The notes: generated from the letters alone by a model not told the origin. Positions 8,537 to 16,103 are shown, numbered from the stretch's first letter. The stretch is DNA of 20,000 nucleotides from an uncultured virus (IMG/VR IMGVR_UViG_3300003478_000003) (IMGVR_UViG_3300003478_000003:55456-75455); one strand, 5' to 3'. Program-made: numbers and translations.

Positions 8537-9592
8537 TTAGTCTAAAAGTTCAGGTTTGTAGATTGATGGGAAGCCATACGCTTCTTGGTTCCACTTCACC
8601 GCATCTCTTAGTGCTTTCTCTGTAATCAAAGATTTAAGAGCCGCTAATAGACTATCACCATCTTGAATCCAAGGATAAACACCTGTCTTAGCATAAATTT
8701 CTGCTGATGCAACTGGATCATTGATCATTGCAGTTACAGCCGATTTAACTTTTGCCGCATTTGGATTACCTTTGTTCATCCAAAGTGATTTTTGGATTGC
8801 GTCACGCCAGTTACGAGTAAGTTTATATGCTTGATATAAATCACCTGATGGTGCTTCGCCCCATAATCTTTCATACACATCTTCAAATTGTGTATTAGGG
8901 AAGTTAGGGTCATCCATTTGTATATTGTTTTCTAAGTCTAGGATACCGTGAGTGAACCATAGTTCATTACCTTCGATATCTGTATAGAAACGCTTCCATG
9001 CCGCTGGTGATTCACGTGCGATATCAAATTCACCATTTTGGAAACCTAGACGCTTTTCACCGCCTGATACACCGTTAACCCATACAACACGTTCTCTCCA
9101 ACATGTCAAGTAGGCATCGATTGAACCGTTTTCTTGTGGGCCACAGATTAACATTGCCGCCGCGGCCGCATCTGGTTCAAAACCTGACCCGCCTGCGATT
9201 GTCCAAGTGCCTGATTTTTCATCTTTACCTTCTTGTTTACCAAGAACGATATCATTATTCATTGAACCAATTAGTTCATAATCAAAATAATTGTATCTAA
9301 CTTTATCTAATAGAAACGATACACCGTTGCCACCGTGTGCAACCATGATTGTTTTATCATCAAAACGTAGACTATCGTGGAACTTGTTAAATCCAGGAAT
9401 ATCACGTGCGCCTGGAATGTGACGTACTACTACTGGTTCGCCTAGGAACTTTTCTAAGTTCTTAGCAATGATTTCACTCCAAACTGAAGTGCCCTTACCA
9501 GGTGCCTGTGGCACGATTAGGGTATAATCGGCTAACGCCGATGTTGCAATACCTATTGAAAGTATTGCCGAGATTAATAGTTTTTTAAACAT
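8537..9592 (-). CDS. tctC: Tripartite tricarboxylate transporter periplasmic binding protein (TctC/Bug-like)
   Basis: Sec signal peptide (MFKKLL...ALA), TLIVPQAPGKGTS...A..LEKFLGEPVVVRHIPGA, GGEKRLGFQNGEFD; adjacent to tctA; SD GGAG. Confidence 0.8.
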   Translation of the reverse strand: MFKKLLISAILSIGIATSALADYTLIVPQAPGKGTSVWSEIIAKNLEKFLGEPVVVRHIPGARDIPGFNKFHDSLRFDDKTIMVAHGGNGVSFLLDKVRYNYFDYELIGSMNNDIVLGKQEGKDEKSGTWTIAGGSGFEPDAAAAAMLICGPQENGSIDAYLTCWRERVVWVNGVSGGEKRLGFQNGEFDIARESPAAWKRFYTDIEGNELWFTHGILDLENNIQMDDPNFPNTQFEDVYERLWGEAPSGDLYQAYKLTRNWRDAIQKSLWMNKGNPNAAKVKSAVTAMINDPVASAEIYAKTGVYPWIQDGDSLLAALKSLITEKALRDAVKWNQEAYGFPSIYKPELLD

Positions 9593-9619
9593 TTGTTACT
9601 CCATTAATAAACTTCTTCA

Positions 9620-9805
9620 TTATATTCTCCTATGAATAATTGATTCTATTTTTACGAAAATAGCAAAATCTTCCCAACCTCCTGTATACTGTACACAAAC
9701 CCATATAACTATTGCAACGAGGCCTGTAGTCGCACCAGCACCGGGTATGATGCCGATTAATAGTCCATACAAAGTCCCGCCCAATAGAGCGATAATTTCA
9801 TTCAT
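9620..9805 (-). pseudogene. tctA: Internally deleted remnant of a second, divergent tctA
   Basis: Residues 1-29 align with the TctA N-terminus (GTLYGLLIGIIPGAGATTGL vs GTCYGMLVGIIPIAGVTTAL) and are joined in frame to VIWVCVQYTGGWEDFAIF, which matches TctA around residues 390-405 (IVYANMQYTGGWEDLALL). Confidence 0.78.
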
Positions 9806-9817
9806 AGGGGATAGTGT

Positions 9818-9852
9818 GTGTTAATGAACTTCCTAAGGAGCGTTACTAACAC
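9818..9852 (-). promoter_or_regulatory. Imperfect 35-nt stem-loop in the leader of the tct region
   Basis: Minus strand GTGTTAGT-AAC-GC-TCC-TTA-GGA-A-GTT-C-ATTAACAC; lies between ATAAATA (9867-9873) and ATG 9805. Confidence 0.45.
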
Positions 9853-9866
9853 TTGGTAGGTAAATA

Positions 9867-9873
9867 TATTTAT
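9867..9873 (-). promoter_or_regulatory. Putative late promoter ATAAATA upstream of the tct genes
   Basis: AATAAATA on the minus strand in the 9806-9886 intergenic region. Confidence 0.45.
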
Positions 9874-9886
9874 TGTATTATATAAT

Positions 9887-10813
9887 TTAGTCACAAAAAA
9901 TGGCAAAATTATTAATATTTCTATCAAACTTTATAATAATGTTATCATTTGTTTTTTCAAATTTATAAAAATAAGTTGCCCATACATCTTGATTCATTAA
10001 ATGTAATGAACTATTTTCTATATTAAAACAACCTATAATACCTAATAACATTGCACCATATTTGCCATTAGGTAAATTATTATTAATTTTCCACTCATAA
10101 TTTGTTGTAGGATTATGCATGTCAAATTTAATAACATTTCTTAATATAGTAGTCGTTGTTTTTAATGCAGAACTATATAATTGCATTAATAATCTATGTT
10201 TATCAGATTGTTCAGTGATAAATGGTCTAACATTATACTTCTGTTTTCCAAAATTTAGATCAAACAAATCACATGTGATGGAATAATTATCATCAATATC
10301 TTTAACTCCAGTTTCCATTTCAATGATTTTATTATTATGACTATCTATTATTTCAAACATTTCTGTATCAGTAAATAAAGCAAATGAGCCTAATAACGTA
10401 TCAGGTATTAATACAGCATGTCTTGTTGATTCATTGTATTTTATTAATCCATATAATTTACTAAGATCTATTCCAAAGAAATTACTTGTTATAAGTTCAC
10501 TTACTATTACGTCTATCTTGGGTAGTTTATCAATTAATTCTTGATCAAATTCAGCATGAATTATAGTATATTTTTCTTCAGGTATATTTGCTTTTTGAAA
10601 TATTCTTCCTGCCATCTCACAACAATCAATATTATGATCAATCATATATACATGCTTCGCACCAGAATGAATAGCAAATAAAGAAAGTACCCCGGATCCA
10701 GTTCCTATATCCAAACATATTTTATCATTACAAGAACTTTTTATTTGTTTATAATACCAATTATTCCTGTGACGATTAGTGAATAACATTTCATGATTAT
10801 ATGTTGTTACCAT
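9887..10813 (-). CDS. SAM-dependent methyltransferase, PRMT-like
   Basis: HEML...RNNWY, CLDIGTGSGVLSLFA..SGAKHVY, KIDVIVSEL, VLIPD followed by a beta-rich C-terminal half: the layout of protein-arginine methyltransferases. Confidence 0.7.
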   Translation of the reverse strand: MVTTYNHEMLFTNRHRNNWYYKQIKSSCNDKICLDIGTGSGVLSLFAIHSGAKHVYMIDHNIDCCEMAGRIFQKANIPEEKYTIIHAEFDQELIDKLPKIDVIVSELITSNFFGIDLSKLYGLIKYNESTRHAVLIPDTLLGSFALFTDTEMFEIIDSHNNKIIEMETGVKDIDDNYSITCDLFDLNFGKQKYNVRPFITEQSDKHRLLMQLYSSALKTTTTILRNVIKFDMHNPTTNYEWKINNNLPNGKYGAMLLGIIGCFNIENSSLHLMNQDVWATYFYKFEKTNDNIIIKFDRNINNFAIFCD

Positions 10814-11919
10814 GTTTCAAAAGGTTCTATTCTATAATCTTTATCTACGGCATCTCTTTCTGAATAAAGAATTGTATTAACTGTTACAATATATCTTTCA
10901 TCTGTATGATTTTTTCTAATCCAATGATTTAAGTAGCCAGGCCATATATTCATCATTCCAGATTTGGGTTGAATCTCAAATTCTTCAATTCGATACTCGT
11001 CCATATTATCTGTTCCTATATGATCAAGACCTTTCCTATATGAATGACTAGCTACTATAGCCTGAGTACTTGGATGCTCAAATACTATTGGAGCTGAATC
11101 TTCATCAACATATGGATACCACGCTCCCACAATCACCGCACCAGGATGAAAATGCATTTTAATAGAATCTAATTTCTTATACGACACAAACCAACTGCTT
11201 GATATTAGAACTCTAGGTAAATTAAACTTAACACAGTGCTCATCAAATGCAGTTTGAAAAGTTAACCACAGTGGGTATAACTCAGGAATTGATAATAATT
11301 TTTTATCAGATAATAATTTAGTCATCTCTTGTTTTTCATAATAATCACCCATCATTTCTATAATACGATCCGTACATACATGTTTTTTGATAAATCTAGT
11401 ACTAAATGGTATTTTAAAAATCTCTGGATAATTTACTTCTTCTTTATTAAACTTTTCTAACTTTAATACTTTTCTATATGGATATAATGGCATAGTAAAA
11501 CTTATTTCAAGTTCAGGATTTTCTGTATGTACTGAACCCACCAAATCTGTGCAACCTATTATTATAATACTGTTAGCCGAAATACTACGTATATTAATAC
11601 AACACGAAAGTTCTGTGTCGGTAAATACAACTCTTATTTTATGTGTGCTTGTTGTATCGCGGTCGTTATGGTTGTCCAATTCAACTATAAATTTATAACA
11701 ACTGCTGTCTGCCCCGCTCTCATTTTTAGGAACATCATTTCCTGCTTTAATTCCAGTCCATTCTGGCAATAGAGTATTAACCGTCTTCTTAATCTCTCGC
11801 ACTTCTATGTTCTCTTCGATCAATACATCATCAAAAAATATTGACATTCTTGGATATTGATTATTTTCAACACCATATTCTTCCACAAATATTGCAATAA
11901 TGTTATCTTCTAGCGCCAT
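10807..11919 (-). CDS. Two-domain protein: unknown N-terminal domain plus C-terminal putative Fe(II)/2OG oxygenase (TIGR02466-like)
   Basis: SSWF...HFHPGAVIVGAWY...IVFEHP...PKSGMMNIWPGYLNHWI..N...RYIVTVN; start likely ATG 11919 (MALEDN). Confidence 0.7.
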   Translation of the reverse strand: MALEDNIIAIFVEEYGVENNQYPRMSIFFDDVLIEENIEVREIKKTVNTLLPEWTGIKAGNDVPKNESGADSSCYKFIVELDNHNDRDTTSTHKIRVVFTDTELSCCINIRSISANSIIIIGCTDLVGSVHTENPELEISFTMPLYPYRKVLKLEKFNKEEVNYPEIFKIPFSTRFIKKHVCTDRIIEMMGDYYEKQEMTKLLSDKKLLSIPELYPLWLTFQTAFDEHCVKFNLPRVLISSSWFVSYKKLDSIKMHFHPGAVIVGAWYPYVDEDSAPIVFEHPSTQAIVASHSYRKGLDHIGTDNMDEYRIEEFEIQPKSGMMNIWPGYLNHWIRKNHTDERYIVTVNTILYSERDAVDKDYRIEPFETW

Positions 11920-11921
11920 AA

Positions 11922-12599
11922 TTATTTCTTTGACCAAACAAAATACATTCTTTCTTTGTAATCGTTTCTCAAATCTAATACATCTACTTTTAAAAAGTCA
12001 GCACAGTTAATTATAAATGTTGGTGTCCATTCATAAAAAGATATCCAACTGGATTCTGTTGGTATATGCGTTAGTCCTGGGTTTACTCTAAAATATATTT
12101 TACCACCAGGCGTTGTTAATTTTACTATATGCTCTAACTCTTTTAATATTTTATCAGTTGATCCAAAGTTAATTGAACCTAAGCACATAACTACATCAAA
12201 TGTTTCAGAAGGATGATAATCTAAAATACTTACTTTAATATCTGCGTGACTATTATATGGGTCAATACCTATTAGGTTGTCTATTTTACTTTTAAACTCG
12301 TTATAGCCACAGCCAACGTCTAACACACTACGTGGTTTTAAACTATTAATCTCATCCACTAATGCTAATCCACTGTGCTTATATTTTTTAGTTTCAGACT
12401 GCCATACATTACTAAAGTATTTTTCCAATACTTTGTCATCAATTTTATTAACTAATTCGCCAGTATTGTCAAAACTAACATCCTCAACCCATACGTCAAA
12501 CATACCTTGTATAGACTGCCGTAGTTTGTGATCATCTCGCAAGATTTGAGGAGATGTTTTAAACATATCCTCTAATGCATTAAGTATTTTTATATTCAT
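11922..12599 (-). CDS. Class I SAM-dependent methyltransferase
   Basis: VLDVGCG (motif I), LIGIDPY, FDVVMCLGSINF, LTTPGGKIYF; ATGA-coupled to TDO. Confidence 0.82.
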   Translation of the reverse strand: MNIKILNALEDMFKTSPQILRDDHKLRQSIQGMFDVWVEDVSFDNTGELVNKIDDKVLEKYFSNVWQSETKKYKHSGLALVDEINSLKPRSVLDVGCGYNEFKSKIDNLIGIDPYNSHADIKVSILDYHPSETFDVVMCLGSINFGSTDKILKELEHIVKLTTPGGKIYFRVNPGLTHIPTESSWISFYEWTPTFIINCADFLKVDVLDLRNDYKERMYFVWSKK

Positions 12600-13111
12600 T
12601 TATCCCACAAATTTTTATCAACTGTTTGTTTTAAATACTTTACTCCAGATGTGCCTCCAGTCCCAGGCTTATCCCCTATAATGCGTTCTACAGTTTTCAT
12701 ATGATTAAACTGCCATTTTTTAAACGCATTTTCTACATCGCATAACGCTTCACGTGGAAATAAACTTGTATTTGGACAACATTTGCTGGGTAAATCTCTC
12801 AATAACTGTTCTACTTCTATATATTGTGTTGATTGTTTGCCTGACGCTGAGCCTAGTGTGCTTCTAAATCTCTCGTAGTCTTGTGGGGTAAGTGTTGCTA
12901 TAATGTCCCACAATGTATTTAAGTGATTGAATATTTTGGCAATGCGTTTTAGATCTGGATTAGTAGCAATGCTTAATTCGCGTATTAATACTTTAAACCA
13001 TAATTCGGATGCTTGGTGTGCAACTATAAACATCAGTTCATTGCGATCCGATGTTATTGTGTTTTGTGAATTTAATATTGTATCTAGATCTAAATAATCG
13101 CCATAATTCAT
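12596..13111 (-). CDS. kynA: Tryptophan 2,3-dioxygenase family protein, compact (171 aa)
   Basis: YGDYLDLDTILNSQ, ELMFIVAHQASELWFK, TLTPQDYERFRSTLGSASGKQSTQY, WQFNHMKTVERIIG.KPGTGGTSGVKYL. Start at ATG 13111 overlaps the upstream TGA. Confidence 0.88.
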   Translation of the reverse strand: MNYGDYLDLDTILNSQNTITSDRNELMFIVAHQASELWFKVLIRELSIATNPDLKRIAKIFNHLNTLWDIIATLTPQDYERFRSTLGSASGKQSTQYIEVEQLLRDLPSKCCPNTSLFPREALCDVENAFKKWQFNHMKTVERIIGDKPGTGGTSGVKYLKQTVDKNLWDK

Positions 13112-13743
13112 ATTACGCACACTTTAATATCTTCTGCCTTATAACTTTGGTGTACACCTTCTATAGGACACTTTATATTTAACAAATTGCACGTATCAAA
13201 ACTGTCTATCGCATTAAATTTTGCTTTATTAACTGCCATAAATGCTTTAATATTTTTATTTTGTAAAGCAATCTCTGCCTTCATCTTTTTCTCGTTTTCA
13301 TACCATTCATAACTAGGATACGAGATTTCAAATCCGCCTGCCTGCATCCACCAATCATAGCATTTCTTGTTTGTTCTATACGTCAAAACTATTTTGCTAT
13401 TAGGCCATTCTGTTTTTATATATTGTAAATTGTGTGCTAATGTGTGGCTTTTAATAATCCTGTATTTGTCTCTGCGTAAAATACCACTAAATGCTTTATT
13501 AAACTCTGCTTCGTTTTGTTTTTTATTGTGCTTATCTATGCTATCAAACCAATTACCAAATTCCATACCTGGATCAAAATAAGAGCCACTGTGTTTTGCT
13601 TTATAATCACTAAGTTGTGGCCCGCCTAAATATTCACGGTGGGGAGCGGCGTCTGTTTGATCTATATCAACAGATTCGTATATATGAGCGGCAACACTAC
13701 TCCAACGTGATCCTGGCGCTCCTACTAAGAAAATATAACTCAT
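13108..13743 (-). CDS. Sulfotransferase-like protein
   Basis: YIFLVGAPGSRWS (5'-PSB-like), IIKSH, WPNSKIVLTYR (3'-PB-like). Confidence 0.55.
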   Translation of the reverse strand: MSYIFLVGAPGSRWSSVAAHIYESVDIDQTDAAPHREYLGGPQLSDYKAKHSGSYFDPGMEFGNWFDSIDKHNKKQNEAEFNKAFSGILRRDKYRIIKSHTLAHNLQYIKTEWPNSKIVLTYRTNKKCYDWWMQAGGFEISYPSYEWYENEKKMKAEIALQNKNIKAFMAVNKAKFNAIDSFDTCNLLNIKCPIEGVHQSYKAEDIKVCVI

Positions 13744-14549
13744 ATATTAAATTCATCCTTTATGCTTTGTGGTGTTACATACAACCACCTACCAATTAGA
13801 AGTTTACAAACTTGTATCTGATGTGCTGTTAATTCTCTATTAATAAATTTTTCAATATGTTCCTGCCAAGTCCCTTCCCATATAGATTCTATAGGAAACA
13901 TGTTCAATTTATTCTTATAATTATTTAATATATCCGTTATATAAATATTTCTTTCAAAATTTCCAGTGTATAAATCTTCATAATTTATTTCACCACACAC
14001 TTTTTCATCCTCACATAATCTAAGAAATTTATATGGTGTAGTTACAAACAGAACTTTACTTGGATCAAATAACAAGTCTGATAATTTAATAATATCCATA
14101 ATATTATCTCCGTCATATATCCACGGTTCTTCTACTGGTTCGCCAGCGGCTATACCCCATAAAGGGTTGCTGGCTTGCCGCCGTATTATGTAATTACAGT
14201 GATAATATTTTACTCTCATTCTAAAATCTGCTACACTGTATAGTTTAGTATCTTTATTGATAGTTCTTTGCAATAATTCATGTACATCTTTTTCTAATAA
14301 AAAACCATCAAAATGATTTTCATACAAATCATAAAAAGAATTACACAATATTCCTATATCAGGCGGAGTTAATTCATGATTTTTCCATTCAAGTGGCTTA
14401 TTTTTTAATGTCAATGGAAATCGATTTAAAGCATCTACCGCATGTGATGGAGATTTGGATTTGCGCTGATCATGCGCTAGTTGTAATAACCAGGAAACCA
14501 AAAAACCACCAGAGCCACCTTGATAGCGCACTACAAACTTACGTTCCAT
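13740..14549 (-). CDS. Hypothetical protein, possibly sulfotransferase-like fold
   Basis: Start reassigned to ATG 14549 (MERKFVVRYQGGSGGFLVSWLL): beta strand plus Gly-rich loop plus helix at the N-terminus; ATAAATA 5 nt upstream. Confidence 0.5.
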   Translation of the reverse strand: MERKFVVRYQGGSGGFLVSWLLQLAHDQRKSKSPSHAVDALNRFPLTLKNKPLEWKNHELTPPDIGILCNSFYDLYENHFDGFLLEKDVHELLQRTINKDTKLYSVADFRMRVKYYHCNYIIRRQASNPLWGIAAGEPVEEPWIYDGDNIMDIIKLSDLLFDPSKVLFVTTPYKFLRLCEDEKVCGEINYEDLYTGNFERNIYITDILNNYKNKLNMFPIESIWEGTWQEHIEKFINRELTAHQIQVCKLLIGRWLYVTPQSIKDEFNI

Positions 14550-14554
14550 GTGAA

Positions 14555-14561
14555 TATTTAT
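14555..14561 (-). promoter_or_regulatory. Putative late promoter ATAAATA, 5 nt upstream of ATG 14549
   Basis: Minus strand reads AATAAATA-TTCAC-ATG; a second TATAAATA lies at 14594-14601. Confidence 0.5.
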
Positions 14562-14596
14562 TCGAAGAGCACCCGAACAAATCGTATTAGTGATAT

Positions 14597-14914
14597 TTAT
14601 ATTCCTGTTTGATCGAGTAGTCGCAAATCCTCTGATAACCAATCAATAGGCCGAGCATGCCAGTGTAAATGATCTGGAATACTTCGTTGTTTTTTATCTA
14701 TATAATAATTGCCTGATCCATATTTCTTATCACCAACACATGTTAAAGCATATTCCATCTCATTGTAATCTTTAACAGGTATAGACATCGTGTGCGATGC
14801 CCGCCAAACGACCATAGGCACCACACACGACATGCAATCTAATATGATCCAACGTGGATCATGATCTTCATATAAATGAATTATTGTATGCAATTTGCAT
14901 AATTCACACGTCAT
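14597..14914 (-). CDS. HIT-like (histidine triad) protein
   Basis: N-terminal CELC, YED, second CxxC (CMSC) and C-terminal IPDHLHWHAR (HxHxH). Confidence 0.65.
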   Translation of the reverse strand: MTCELCKLHTIIHLYEDHDPRWIILDCMSCVVPMVVWRASHTMSIPVKDYNEMEYALTCVGDKKYGSGNYYIDKKQRSIPDHLHWHARPIDWLSEDLRLLDQTGI

Positions 14915-15669
14915 TATTCATCTCCGTAAATTCGTAGTACCTCCTCTACAACGACGTGGCGTCTTATATCTCGGTTATTAAAATGAACCATATCTATATG
15001 CCTACATTCATTATACCTCTCAAGTAAATCTTGAAATTCGTATAATCCATTGTCATGGTATCTATCACTTTGGTCCAAATCTCCTGTAACTACCATACGG
15101 GAATCATCACCTATTCTTGTTAATAACATTTTCATTTGATTTCGTGTAGCATTTTGCATCTCATCTGCGATAATAAATGCTCTTTTAAATGTTCGTCCTC
15201 TCATATATGCTAGTGGAGATATTTCAACAATACCTTCATCTATCATACGTGATATGTTTTTTGGTGAATAATACTCTTGAAAGATATCAAAAATTGGGCG
15301 TGTCCATGGTTCCATTTTTTGTTGGATAGTGCCGGGTAAGAAGCCATGTTGTTCGTCAACTTCTACTGCTGGGCGGGTTAGTACAATTTTATCTACCTTG
15401 TTTTCTGAGTATGCTTTAAGTGCGGCTAAACATGCTAACATTGTTTTGCCAGTTCCTGCTGGGCCACATGCAAATACTATCGCATTGGCTGGATTAGTTA
15501 ATAAGTTGATATAATCTTGTTGATTAAGTGATCTTGCTTTTAGTTTTATGTTTGGTTTTTTTAGTGTGTTTTTTGGTTTTCCATAATATTTTTCAAATTC
15601 AATAATTTTTTCGTCCATATAGTCGTAATGTGTGCTACGGCGTTTAGGACGACTTTTACGTTTTGACAT
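14914..15669 (-). CDS. phoH: PhoH-like ATPase
   Basis: GPAGTGKT, LTRPAVE, GFLPG, ISPLAYMRGRTF, DEMQN, LTRIG, TGDLDQSD, DIRRH; SD GAGGTG at 15674-15679. Confidence 0.95.
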   Translation of the reverse strand: MSKRKSRPKRRSTHYDYMDEKIIEFEKYYGKPKNTLKKPNIKLKARSLNQQDYINLLTNPANAIVFACGPAGTGKTMLACLAALKAYSENKVDKIVLTRPAVEVDEQHGFLPGTIQQKMEPWTRPIFDIFQEYYSPKNISRMIDEGIVEISPLAYMRGRTFKRAFIIADEMQNATRNQMKMLLTRIGDDSRMVVTGDLDQSDRYHDNGLYEFQDLLERYNECRHIDMVHFNNRDIRRHVVVEEVLRIYGDE

Positions 15670-15766
15670 AAGTCACCTCGCTTGCAAAGTTATTTCACAC
15701 TCCACATTGTGTGATACAAATATTTAATATTAAACCCATACAATAATAACATCGTAGTTTATTCCA

Positions 15767-15773
15767 ATAAATA
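15767..15773 (+). promoter_or_regulatory. Putative late promoter ATAAATA for the plus-strand island
   Basis: AATAAATA 25 nt upstream of ATG 15799 in the divergent intergenic region. Confidence 0.4.
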
Positions 15774-15798
15774 TACAGGCAAGTGTGATTCAATAACG

Positions 15799-16101
15799 AT
15801 GACAGATGATGAATATGATGCGGTGTACTCACTGCTGAGAGAAGGACTTAATTCAATTCCGTTTAATCAACGTGTGCATTCCGGGTCTTGGAAAGAACTA
15901 TTAGCACATATCAGTCTTAAGCATACTAATCCAGGAAAGTGTCAAACCTGTGATCACAAGTGTCATGGTTATGCTGGTGTAGGCGAACGCGTCAGCGGCC
16001 ATTGCGGAAGTGATAATTGCGATTGTAAAAATTGTCGCTGTAATTTGTGTCAGCTTAAATACGGTAGAGGGTTTAGTAATTTAACTATCCCTATAAAATA
16101 A
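15799..16101 (+). CDS. Small Cys/His-rich protein (metallothionein-like or RiPP-precursor-like)
   Basis: Nine Cys clustered in the C-terminal half (CQTCDHKCH...HCGSDNCDCKNCRCNLC); Cys-free N-terminal half; 2 nt before the radical SAM gene. Confidence 0.65.
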   Translation: MTDDEYDAVYSLLREGLNSIPFNQRVHSGSWKELLAHISLKHTNPGKCQTCDHKCHGYAGVGERVSGHCGSDNCDCKNCRCNLCQLKYGRGFSNLTIPIK

Positions 16102-16103
16102 TT

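Noticed and set aside
13740..14642. ORF-track longer starts (14642, 13120, 11937, 5287, 4718, 4489)
   Set aside because: They create overlaps with upstream genes; downstream ATGs fit coupling, SD or promoter position better.
15695..15714. TCACAC-N8-GTGTGA as a CRP site or terminator
   Set aside because: Half-sites are in the wrong order and spacing for CRP (TGTGA-N6-TCACA) and there is no convincing U-tract; kept only as a minor inverted repeat.
2149..15740. Shared 10-mer TAAACCCATA near two promoter regions (about 2149-2158 minus, 15731-15740 plus)
   Set aside because: Only two copies with different spacing to ATAAATA; compatible with chance in AT-rich DNA.
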